From positions 192,001-256,000 of IMG/VR virus record IMGVR_UViG_3300028591_005215: a stretch of 64,000 nt of DNA, one strand, 5' to 3'. The notes beneath the pieces are model-generated. The model was not told the origin of the DNA. It made no database searches and saw nothing but the letters and a program-made list of their open reading frames with translations. Origin of the DNA: a virus. Lineage: Duplodnaviria; Caudoviricetes. Numbering within the stretch: position 1 is the first letter of the stretch; each line of letters begins with the position of its first letter. Of this stretch, positions 51,263 to 59,715 are shown in pieces. A program made the translations under genes and the position numbers.

Positions 51263-52600
51263 ATAACGTTCCAAGGATGCCCACACGCTTTAGCGGTGGG
51301 AGGAATTGGAACAAATTTTTATTTTTTTTTTTCTTATTTATTTAAACTTTTAAAACTTTCTTTATATTTATAATAAGAAGGGTATTTCCCTTGAGTGAAT
51401 AAAAACACATGACGTACAGAACATATAACATAGAGCTACAAATGAGTGACACAACACACAACTATTGGATGAGCCTATTGACTCAGACAATGGAAGCTTA
51501 TAACTGTTGTGGCAACATCGCTGTACAACAGCAAATACCACTAGGTATTAAGCCCTTCCATGATAATTTGTATGGTATAATCAGAAAGAAGTTCCCACTG
51601 ATTCCAGCACAAGGTGCAATAAAAACTTATAAGGAAGTCCTTTCAACACTCAGAGCAATCAGAGGTAACAAACATAAGAACGCCTCAGTTCCTCAACGTA
51701 AACAACTGTCATTACATCTTGATAAAAGAATGTATTCAAGACTTTCCATTGATGGTATATCCTTGACAACTGAAGTAAGAAACAAACGTGAGTTCTGTAC
51801 ATTTATCCTCTTCGACAAGGTGAGAGAATTATTCTCCACTTGTGTCCCAAAAGACCCTACAATCTTTGCTCGTAACGGTAGACTATTCCTTTCAGTATCT
51901 TTCGAGGTTCAATCCTTGCCTTGCAAGGATGACACCGCAATCGGTGTTGACCTTGGAATGAAGAGATTCTTTGTCACCTCAGAAGGTAAGTCCTTCGTTG
52001 ACAAGAATTACTTGAAACAACGTAGGAAACTACGTTATTTGAAGCGTTGTCTCCAGAGCAAATGTTCTCATTCATCCAAAAGGCATCTTCAACGTTTATC
52101 CCATAAGGAACGTAATGTTTCCAAGAGCCAAGTTGAAAAAGCTTGCAATGTGCTACTTCGTAGCACCAATACAAGTATTCTTGTATTGGAAGACCTTACG
52201 AAGATTAAGACGAAGACTTCCAAGACAAAGGAAGGTTTTAAGAGGACAAGACATAACAATGCCTTGTCTCAAGTCCCATTCTATATGTTCAAAGAACGCT
52301 TGACCAATAAGGCACAACTCGTTGGAAAACGAGTTGAAACAGTTTCTCCAGCGTTTACAAGTCAGACTGACAGCCGAACAAACAAACGTAATGGCATCCG
52401 CCACGGATGCAATTATATATGTTTTGATGGTGTTGTCCTTGATGCTGATTGGAACGCTGCGGTCAATATTGCACTTCGTGCAAAACACCCACTTTCGAGC
52501 AGCGAGCTGCCCTTAAGTGGCAGGGTGCGGTCAATCACCCAATCGTCAGAAGCCTAACGGCTTTATGGCAAGCCACTGACTTTAGGCAGTGGTAGTTGAC
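51260..52600 (+). mobile_element. IS200/IS605-family non-autonomous element (tnpB only, IS1341-like); predicted TAM TCAC
   Basis: LE hairpin CCCACACGC-TTTA-GCGGTGGG preceded by GATG, predicting cleavage after TCAC (51256-51259); RE hairpin CCACTG-ACTTTAGG-CAGTGG preceded by CAAG, predicting end TGAC (52597-52600) by IS608 guide rules; GC-richer than flanks. Confidence 0.85.
51409..52557 (+). CDS. tnpB: TnpB RNA-guided endonuclease
   Basis: RuvC triad intact: GVDLG, VLEDL, DADWNAA; Zn finger degenerate (TSQTDSRT...ICFDG). Confidence 0.92.
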   Translation: MTYRTYNIELQMSDTTHNYWMSLLTQTMEAYNCCGNIAVQQQIPLGIKPFHDNLYGIIRKKFPLIPAQGAIKTYKEVLSTLRAIRGNKHKNASVPQRKQLSLHLDKRMYSRLSIDGISLTTEVRNKREFCTFILFDKVRELFSTCVPKDPTIFARNGRLFLSVSFEVQSLPCKDDTAIGVDLGMKRFFVTSEGKSFVDKNYLKQRRKLRYLKRCLQSKCSHSSKRHLQRLSHKERNVSKSQVEKACNVLLRSTNTSILVLEDLTKIKTKTSKTKEGFKRTRHNNALSQVPFYMFKERLTNKAQLVGKRVETVSPAFTSQTDSRTNKRNGIRHGCNYICFDGVVLDADWNAAVNIALRAKHPLSSSELPLSGRVRSITQSSEA

Positions 52601-52620
52601 TAAATAACGAATTAAATACG
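52480..52620 (+). ncRNA. Predicted omegaRNA (reRNA) scaffold plus guide (guide starts 52601: UAAAUAACGAAUUAAAUACG); 5' end approximate
   Basis: Hairpins CTGCC/GGCAG, AAGCC/GGCTT and the RE hairpin; GTCAA (52530-52534) can pseudoknot with terminal TTGAC. Confidence 0.65.
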
Positions 52621-52629
52621 TATTGAAAT

Positions 52630-52920
52630 ATGACTAAGAAACTTATAAGACTAACAGAAAGTGACCTTCACAGGATTGTGGAGAAGTCAGTAAACAGAAT
52701 ATTGAAAGAATCTGATGATTTTAAGCCAACAGGTTATAAAACCGCATCTAACCTTGGTGGGCATGAGGTGCAAATAAACCCTTCTGGTGACTCTGCTCGC
52801 TTTAAATTCTATGGTGGCGAACCAACAGATTGGATGGAAATAGAATTTGATGAAGATGGCGTTGCATATGTTGAGACAGAAAGAGGTCGTGAACTATTAT
52901 CAGACTATATGAGATATTAA
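52630..52920 (+). CDS. Accessory protein with an N-terminal KKLIRLTESDLH leader
   Basis: MTKKLIRLTESDLHRIVEKSVNRILKE followed by a ~65-aa beta-rich domain. Confidence 0.75.
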   Translation: MTKKLIRLTESDLHRIVEKSVNRILKESDDFKPTGYKTASNLGGHEVQINPSGDSARFKFYGGEPTDWMEIEFDEDGVAYVETERGRELLSDYMRY

Positions 52921-52934
52921 TTATGTAATCAAAT

Positions 52935-52966
52935 AAAGAGGTATACTATTGAAGGTATACCTCTTT
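52935..52966. terminator. Bidirectional terminator overlapping the primase stop
   Basis: aaagaggtatac...gtatacctcttt. Confidence 0.7.
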
Positions 52967-53956
52967 TATTTTTATAGCATTTGCTAAATGTTTAAGTATT
53001 ATTTTTTTTCCTCCTAATTGGAAAAGCAATGATGGGTCGTATTTTTCGTCAACAGGTATATATCTTATTTTATTATACAATCTTCCGTGGTTTAATTCTT
53101 TATATGTTTCAAGAGCAGTTTGAAATGTATCACCGTCAATAAAAATATTAATGTTTGCATTTGCTTTTGCATTTATATCCCAATAAAGTTTAAATTTTTT
53201 ATCAATTACTTTACCAAGTAATGGCACTGAGTTTGGTACTACTAAGTGGTCAAATGGGCCTTCTACGAGTGTAACATCAGCATCCCACTGTATTTTCTCT
53301 TCATTAAAAATAATGTCACGTCTTTCTACCTTTGGGTTATAATACTTTTGCCTTTTTTCATTTCCTGTAAAATCACGACCTGTCCAATAATTAAGCTCAC
53401 CAAATTTATTGTATGAAGGCAAAATTATTCGATTTGAAGCCATTTTATCTTCTTCATCATACATTGTGAAGCCTATATTAAAATCGTGTATTATATCCCA
53501 AGTAATACCCCTTTTTTGAAGATATTCCATTGCTTTTGGTGGATAATATTTATCTTCTCTAAATGGTCTAAAACTTTTTGGTAATTTTACATTGTCTATT
53601 TGCGCTAAATCAACTTTAAATGTTTTAGCAAAATCTATGTTATATAGTTTACTATCTCTTAATGATTGAACACATTCTTTATATTCTTTATAAAGTTGTT
53701 CGTTACCATACAATTTTAGCAACTTATATACTGAGCCATGCATTTCATCATCGTCTTCAGCACCACATTTCCAACAATGAAACACAAAATAATTACATTC
53801 AAGGTTATACTTTTGAAGTTCCCTATTTCCATATTTTTCAGAACAATGTGGACATCCAAATTGCAACTGTGTGTAATTTGCGTCAAATCCTCCTTTCGCT
53901 TCACCTAAAAATGAAGCCAATATAGAATACATTCTTTGAAATTCTGGTGGTAACAT
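52946..53956 (-). CDS. DNA primase (Zn finger + TOPRIM)
   Basis: CPHC...CWKC, YLQKRGI, RIILP, GRDF, VEGPFD, IDGD, YDP. Confidence 0.88.
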   Translation of the reverse strand: MLPPEFQRMYSILASFLGEAKGGFDANYTQLQFGCPHCSEKYGNRELQKYNLECNYFVFHCWKCGAEDDDEMHGSVYKLLKLYGNEQLYKEYKECVQSLRDSKLYNIDFAKTFKVDLAQIDNVKLPKSFRPFREDKYYPPKAMEYLQKRGITWDIIHDFNIGFTMYDEEDKMASNRIILPSYNKFGELNYWTGRDFTGNEKRQKYYNPKVERRDIIFNEEKIQWDADVTLVEGPFDHLVVPNSVPLLGKVIDKKFKLYWDINAKANANINIFIDGDTFQTALETYKELNHGRLYNKIRYIPVDEKYDPSLLFQLGGKKIILKHLANAIKIKEVYLQ

Positions 53957-53973
53957 ATTTTTTTATTTTTTGG

Positions 53974-54004
53974 CAAATATACCTAAAAAAATCAATAAAA
54001 CAAA
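53974..54004 (-). promoter_or_regulatory. Bacteroidota-type -33/-7 promoter for the primase
   Basis: Minus strand: TTTG (54004-54001), TATATTTG (53981-53974); 19-nt spacer; no TTAAC. Confidence 0.65.
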
Positions 54005-54035
54005 ATCAAAAAACTATTTATTAATAAAAAATATT

Positions 54036-54266
54036 ATGGATGATAAGTTAAAATTTACTGATAGTGACCTACTTTATTCAATGATTGAATGTCTCGATTA
54101 TGATAAATCACAATATGGAAATGACGGCCCTTGGTATACACAGGGAGAATATCATGATATTAGTCATTTTGATAACAAAGACGACAAAATAACACCTTAT
54201 GGGGTCACAGATTTAGAAAGATATGAAAATAATAAACCTAAAGGGTTTTGGAAAATATACATTTAA
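54036..54266 (+). CDS. Small hypothetical protein (start re-called at ATG 54036)
   Basis: TATTTAT at 54015-54021, then MDDKLKFTDSDL...; terminator follows. Confidence 0.55.
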   Translation: MDDKLKFTDSDLLYSMIECLDYDKSQYGNDGPWYTQGEYHDISHFDNKDDKITPYGVTDLERYENNKPKGFWKIYI

Positions 54267-54268
54267 AT

Positions 54269-54302
54269 AAAAAAGGAAGGTAAAATAATACCTTCCTTTT
54301 TT
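54269..54302. terminator. Bidirectional terminator
   Basis: aaaaggaaggta...taccttcctttt. Confidence 0.8.
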
Positions 54303-55056
54303 ATTCTAAATATGTTATTCTATGTGTAGTTTTATCCCAATAATTAACATCGTACTCTATTTTATTTTCAGATTCTTCAATATTTGAAATTTTAAATTCT
54401 ATATCGCCTTTTCTAAGTTTATTCAAATATCCTAAACATGCAACGTAACTATCAGTAGCATCAAAATTTTCTTTTTTCAATTCACCTTTTTTATCATAAA
54501 TCCAAGTTATTTGAGGAAATAATTCAGATACTTTCTCTTGAAGAACGGCTTTTTTATCAACTTCCCATGAATAACTTCCAAATAAAACAAGTTTAGAATT
54601 TTTAATTTCGTTCATAATTTTCTTTCTTTCATATTGATTACCTGATTTATTGTATTTTCTAATTGACATCAAATCAGGAAAAGAAAATTTACGAGCATCA
54701 TAGCTTGATATATATTGAGGGACAACACCTAAAATTTCATATGCAGAACAAGATAGCATACCATTGAATCTTAAAAGTGTTCCAACAGTATATTCATTAT
54801 TTGAAGAAAGCAAAGGCTCTTCAATCACCACTTCATCAATACCAATACCTTTAAATTTTTCGAGAAATTCATCAAAAATTTTCTTTTTAATACATAAAGC
54901 TTCTATACCTTTGATTTTATTTGGTACTTTTGGCGAAATATGAGTTAATTCTATAATTTGTCCATAATCTGACCCGTCATCAAGTAAAATAGTAACACCA
55001 ATAGTTTTGGTACTAACGTCAAGCCCCATTAATATTTTATTTCCATTTTTGTCCAT
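54301..55056 (-). CDS. RuvC-like Holliday junction resolvase
   Basis: GLDVSTKTIG, VVIEEP, L.RFNG, FDATDS. Confidence 0.78.
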   Translation of the reverse strand: MDKNGNKILMGLDVSTKTIGVTILLDDGSDYGQIIELTHISPKVPNKIKGIEALCIKKKIFDEFLEKFKGIGIDEVVIEEPLLSSNNEYTVGTLLRFNGMLSCSAYEILGVVPQYISSYDARKFSFPDLMSIRKYNKSGNQYERKKIMNEIKNSKLVLFGSYSWEVDKKAVLQEKVSELFPQITWIYDKKGELKKENFDATDSYVACLGYLNKLRKGDIEFKISNIEESENKIEYDVNYWDKTTHRITYLE

Positions 55057-55140
55057 GATATTATTATAATATATATAATATTATTTTATATATAAAATAT
55101 AATATATTACATGATATTTTAAATATTATTAATATATTAT

Positions 55141-55171
55141 TTTGATTTAATTAACATTTTTTATATATTTG
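55141..55171 (+). promoter_or_regulatory. Bacteroidota-type -33/-7 promoter for the sbcC-sigma operon
   Basis: TTTG 55141-55144, TTAAC 55151-55155, TATATTTG 55164-55171; 19-nt spacer. Confidence 0.75.
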
Positions 55172-55186
55172 CAATAAATCAATAAT

Positions 55187-55522
55187 ATGAGTATAAAAAA
55201 AGATATAGAAAGATATTGTAAAATCAATAATATATCAGATGTTGATGCTTTTATTGATGATTGCTTAATTAAAGGCTTTAATATTGTTAAATATGGGCTA
55301 ACACCTAAAGAAAATTTTGATATAGAAAATGGCAGATTTACTGATAAACCCACACTACAACACACTCAAACAAGAGAAAACGAATGTAGAACAAGCAATG
55401 ATAAACCTGAACGTGTCGAGGTTTTACCTATGGAGCACGTGGTCGAGGGCACTAAAGGTTCAATTATAGAAGAAAAACCTAAAAGGAAAACAACTAAAAA
55501 GATTAAAATTATAAAAAAATAA
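55187..55522 (+). CDS. Hypothetical protein
   Basis: 111-aa ORF after the promoter. Confidence 0.65.
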   Translation: MSIKKDIERYCKINNISDVDAFIDDCLIKGFNIVKYGLTPKENFDIENGRFTDKPTLQHTQTRENECRTSNDKPERVEVLPMEHVVEGTKGSIIEEKPKRKTTKKIKIIKK

Positions 55523-55526
55523 TAAT

Positions 55527-57911
55527 ATGTTAGACATAGGTCAAAACGCACGAATTAACTTACATTGGAAAGTTTCTCCTTATGACTTTTCTAAAGAAAT
55601 GATGAATAGAGCTATTGGTAGTGCATCTAAAAAATACGGTATATCAAAAGAACATATTAAAGTTACGCCAGAATTCATTACTAAGAATGAAAAGGGCGAA
55701 AAAATTGCATTGACAAGTGATATTGTTTCTAATATTCAAGACCCTGTTTTTCAAGTAAAGCTTTTCAAAGATTATTTGAAGCTTAAAAATATAGTTGATT
55801 GTGACTTTGAATTAATTAAAAAAATAGATTCTGAAATAAATGGAAAAATTGATTATAAAGTTTATGACAAGTATAGAAGATTCAGTATCAAATGGATTAA
55901 ATGGGATAATTTCTTGTCATATGGAAATGGCAATCTATTTGATTTTAGTACTTTGCGAGGACTTGTATTACTAAATGGTGATAATCAAAGTGGAAAAACA
56001 ACATTTGCTATAGATTTAATTCATTTTTTGTTATTTGGAAAGACGCCAAAAGTTGCTACACAAGATAAAATCTTTAATAAGCATCTTAAAGAAGCCACTA
56101 ATGTTGTAGTTGAAGGCAGCCTTGAAATAGATGGGGAAGAATATGTAATCAAGCGCACACTTACAAGACCTTCACTTACAAGAAGAACTGAACGTAGTAA
56201 GACTACGCAAAAAGTTGAATACTATAGAATAGTTGGGCAAAATAAAGAAGAATTGACTGAATATATTGATAACCAACAAGAAGAAAACAGTATTCAAACT
56301 AATAAAAAAATCAAAGAAGCAATTGGACGTGAGGATGATTTTGACTTAGTAATGTCAATAACAGAATCTAATCTTGATGCATTAATTGATAAAAAAGATA
56401 CTGAAAGGGGAAGACTTTTATCACGATGGATAGGACTTATGCCACTTGAACAAAAAGATGAACTCGCAAGGGAACATTTTAACACGTCAATTAAGCCTTA
56501 TCTGATTTCAAATCAGTATGATTCTGAAACCCTTAAAAACGAAATTGGCGCATTTAACGTGTCTATTAAGCAGAATGAGCAATTCATTAAAGAATATACA
56601 AATAAAAATATTGAGCTTGATAAAGAAATTGCTTCATTTGAACAAACAAGAAATGCTTTGCTTTCATCAAAATCTACAATTGATGATGAAGTTTTAAAAA
56701 TAGATATTACCACTTTAAATAGGGCGATTGAAGATACCACAGAAAAGGGTAAAATAAAAAAAGCTGAAATAGATTCTGTTACGCATGACATAGAAGATAT
56801 TGGCGAAATTGATTTCTCTATTGAAGAATATGATAAACTTACTGAAAAGTTGAATGAATTATTTGGCGATAGAGCTAAATATGCTGAACAGTATAAATCA
56901 GGTAATCAGCTAATAGAACAATTAAAGAAAAGTGAATATTGTCCTACTTGCGGTAGAAAACTTGATGATGTTGATAATTCTAGCAAAATTTCAGAACTTG
57001 AGCAAAAAATTTCAGAAGTTATTGCAAAAGGAAAAGAAGTTTCTGAAGAAATTAAAGTAATTTCAGAAAAGGTTGAATCAATGAAACTAAATCGTGAAAA
57101 GTATAACCTTAAGAACACTTTAACGATGAAGAAGTCTGCATTAGAAATCAATATTGAAAGACTGAGGAATGATTTAAGAGAAATGATTCTAAAGCGTAAA
57201 GAATATGAAAAAAATGCACAAGCAATTGATAAGAATAACCAATTAGACATTCAAATTAGGAATAATGAAATTATAATTTCAGAAAAGCGAAGAAGCAAAG
57301 AAAATAACTTAGGTTGGATAAACCAAAATAAGGCTAAAATTGAAGAATTCAAAGAAAGAATCTCTGAAAGGGAAATTATAATTGAAAAAATTCAAAATGA
57401 AGAGAAACTAATTAAGAATTGGAAAATATATCTTGATATGGTTGGGAAGAATGGAATTAGTAAAATGGTTCTGAGAAAAACATTACCAATCATAAATGCA
57501 AGACTTGCGCAGTTGCTTTCTGACGTTTGCGATTTTGATGTAGAAGTAACAATTAATAACAGAAACGATATAATGTTTAATTTAATTAAAGACGGTGTTG
57601 TTTCTGATTTATCAAGTGGAAGCGGATTTGAACGAACATGTGCATCATTAGCGTTAAGATTTGTACTTGCAGATATTTCAAGTATTCCAAAAATGAACTT
57701 CACGCTTATCGATGAGTGCCTTGGGCGTGTAGCCAAGGACAATCTGGATAATATCCATAAGCTTTTCGATAAGATGCTTACAAGCTATGATTTTATATTA
57801 CATGTATGTCATTTGGATGAAGCGAAAGATTGGTCTAAAACTCAAATTTATGTAAATAAATCTGAGAATATATCTCATATTAACGTTGAAAAAAACGTAT
57901 ATGCTAAATAA
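55527..57911 (+). CDS. sbcC: Rad50/SbcC/gp46-like ATPase with a ~115-aa N-terminal extension
   Basis: W.NFLSYG, GDNQSGKTT, coiled coil with CPTC Zn hook, SGSGFE signature, LIDE, VCH. Confidence 0.88.
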   Translation: MLDIGQNARINLHWKVSPYDFSKEMMNRAIGSASKKYGISKEHIKVTPEFITKNEKGEKIALTSDIVSNIQDPVFQVKLFKDYLKLKNIVDCDFELIKKIDSEINGKIDYKVYDKYRRFSIKWIKWDNFLSYGNGNLFDFSTLRGLVLLNGDNQSGKTTFAIDLIHFLLFGKTPKVATQDKIFNKHLKEATNVVVEGSLEIDGEEYVIKRTLTRPSLTRRTERSKTTQKVEYYRIVGQNKEELTEYIDNQQEENSIQTNKKIKEAIGREDDFDLVMSITESNLDALIDKKDTERGRLLSRWIGLMPLEQKDELAREHFNTSIKPYLISNQYDSETLKNEIGAFNVSIKQNEQFIKEYTNKNIELDKEIASFEQTRNALLSSKSTIDDEVLKIDITTLNRAIEDTTEKGKIKKAEIDSVTHDIEDIGEIDFSIEEYDKLTEKLNELFGDRAKYAEQYKSGNQLIEQLKKSEYCPTCGRKLDDVDNSSKISELEQKISEVIAKGKEVSEEIKVISEKVESMKLNREKYNLKNTLTMKKSALEINIERLRNDLREMILKRKEYEKNAQAIDKNNQLDIQIRNNEIIISEKRRSKENNLGWINQNKAKIEEFKERISEREIIIEKIQNEEKLIKNWKIYLDMVGKNGISKMVLRKTLPIINARLAQLLSDVCDFDVEVTINNRNDIMFNLIKDGVVSDLSSGSGFERTCASLALRFVLADISSIPKMNFTLIDECLGRVAKDNLDNIHKLFDKMLTSYDFILHVCHLDEAKDWSKTQIYVNKSENISHINVEKNVYAK

Positions 57912-57932
57912 TTTTTTCTAAGTATTTAACTG

Positions 57933-58658
57933 ATGAACGATTATGTTAACGATTTTAACCAAAACGTAAAAACATATTATAAAGAACTTAAAAAATATCA
58001 GCCTATGACGAAGGAACAGGAAAAAGTTCTTCTCGTCAAGGCTAAAAATGGGGATTTAGAAGCACAGCACAAAATTTTAACTGCTAATTTGAAGTATGTG
58101 TTTGAAACTGCTAAATCTTTTAGATGCAATGGTGTTGCCATTGAAGATTTAATTGCAGAGGGCAATGTTGGCATGATAAAAGCTATTCATAAGTTTAACA
58201 CTGATTATGACGTTAAATTTTTATCATATGCAATATGGTGGATTAAGCAGTCTATGCAATCTTTAGTTAAAAAAACACAAATCTCAAAGAGTATTGAAAA
58301 AGGTGACGATGAATTAAATTCAGTTATAAGAGAAAATGCAGTTTCAGATGATGAAGATGACAGGATTATTAAAATGGACGTAGTTTCTTCAAATGAAGAA
58401 GATGAAACAAACGCAGAAATTGAAAAAAATCAAAAAGTTGTTGTTGATAAACTAATGGTTAAACTTGATGGAAGAGAAAAGCTTATAATTGAGCAATATT
58501 ATGGGCTAAATGGGGAAAAAGAACAAAATCTTGAAGAAATTGGCACTAAGTTGGGTATTAGTAAAGAAAGGGTAAGACAAATTAAGAAAAAAGTTTTATT
58601 TAGAATGAGGTCTGAAGTTTTATGTATGGAAACTGGGTCTGATTTTTTGTTTAAGTAA
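57933..58658 (+). CDS. Phage-encoded sigma70-family factor (RpoD/Bacteroidota sigmaA-like, no region 1.1)
   Basis: ANLKYV, DLIAEGNVGMIKA..KF, KFLSYAIWWIKQ, LEEIG.KLGISKERVRQI. Confidence 0.9.
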   Translation: MNDYVNDFNQNVKTYYKELKKYQPMTKEQEKVLLVKAKNGDLEAQHKILTANLKYVFETAKSFRCNGVAIEDLIAEGNVGMIKAIHKFNTDYDVKFLSYAIWWIKQSMQSLVKKTQISKSIEKGDDELNSVIRENAVSDDEDDRIIKMDVVSSNEEDETNAEIEKNQKVVVDKLMVKLDGREKLIIEQYYGLNGEKEQNLEEIGTKLGISKERVRQIKKKVLFRMRSEVLCMETGSDFLFK

Positions 58659-58687
58659 TATTTATATAAATAAAAAAAATATTTTTT

Positions 58688-59035
58688 ATGGTAGAAGTTA
58701 AAAAAACATCAAAGAAAGCTAAAAAGGCTGCAACCAAAAAAATGGAAGAACCTGTAGTTATAGAAAATAAAGAAGAAACAGCTGATGAACCTGTATTGGG
58801 TGAATCTAAGGTTGAAGAAAGTGATGATGAAGAAATTAAAGAAACAATTGATGAAGCAATTAAAGAAGATTTAAATAAAATAGCTGAAAATATTGTTGAA
58901 GAAAACAAAAAAGACGAAGTTGCTGTAAAAACAGAACCAATCGTTGAACATGAAACTGAAAATAAACCATCCAATAAAAGTAAAATTATTAGGAATTTTA
59001 CAGCTACTTGGAATGGTGTGACAATGGATTACTAA
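58688..59035 (+). CDS. Charged hypothetical protein
   Basis: TATTTAT at 58659-58665; Lys- then Glu-rich. Confidence 0.65.
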   Translation: MVEVKKTSKKAKKAATKKMEEPVVIENKEETADEPVLGESKVEESDDEEIKETIDEAIKEDLNKIAENIVEENKKDEVAVKTEPIVEHETENKPSNKSKIIRNFTATWNGVTMDY

Positions 59036-59036
59036 A

Positions 59037-59636
59037 ATGGGTGAAGATATTACTAAAAAAATGCTTAAACGCATAAGAGAAAGTATTGATAGCATGAATA
59101 AAGTTAAACCATTAATTAATGAAGAAAACTTTGAAAAAGATAATTTTTTAAGAAGGTCTGAAATTTTAATGGAAGAAGCTGAAAATACTAATAGAAAAAA
59201 AAAATTAAATGAAGGCGTATTTGATTCTGAAGAAGAAGGCAATAAAAAAGATTTTGTTGTAAAAGCAAGCGACCCTCAATTTAGTAATCTTAGAAATTCA
59301 CAAGAAGAATCTTTAAGAAAGACTGTTGGTGATGTTGAACTTAAAGATGATGCACTTGTTTATCATCCTGATATTGATGATATAACGCTTGATGGTATTA
59401 TTAAAGGCTTAAACATCAAGTTTCAGTTTAGATTTAACGACCCTTCAGGTGATGGTTGCTATATAACTGGTGCTGATTTGCAATTAACTGACGCAAATAC
59501 TAAAACAATTGAAAAGATTAGGGCAGCATTTCAAAATTGGAAACAAGGACTAACAAATGATGGTAACACACTTAAAGATTTGGAAAAAGCAGCTGAAAGA
59601 CAAAGTAAAGAAAATGGAAGTGATTCTGCTGAATAA
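59037..59636 (+). CDS. Hypothetical protein, possibly head-associated
   Basis: Several IRE/INE/LME/LNE motifs in the N-terminal 60 aa. Confidence 0.65.
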   Translation: MGEDITKKMLKRIRESIDSMNKVKPLINEENFEKDNFLRRSEILMEEAENTNRKKKLNEGVFDSEEEGNKKDFVVKASDPQFSNLRNSQEESLRKTVGDVELKDDALVYHPDIDDITLDGIIKGLNIKFQFRFNDPSGDGCYITGADLQLTDANTKTIEKIRAAFQNWKQGLTNDGNTLKDLEKAAERQSKENGSDSAE

Positions 59637-59645
59637 ATAAATTGT

Positions 59646-59674
59646 AAATCCCCTTAGAAATAAGGGGATTTTTT
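59646..59674 (+). terminator. Intrinsic terminator
   Basis: aaatcccctta-gaaa-taaggggattt plus T. Confidence 0.85.
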
Positions 59675-59715
59675 GTGTTTAATAGATATTTATAGGGTAG
59701 AAATTACTGTATATT

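Noticed and set aside
51409-52557. Cas12f/type V CRISPR effector or catalytically dead TldR
   Set aside because: No CRISPR array; IS200/IS605 end hairpins present; RuvC D-E-D intact
53970-54035. Upstream TTG start for ORF 53970..54266
   Set aside because: Overlaps the divergent promoter region; ATG 54036 fits the TATTTAT spacing
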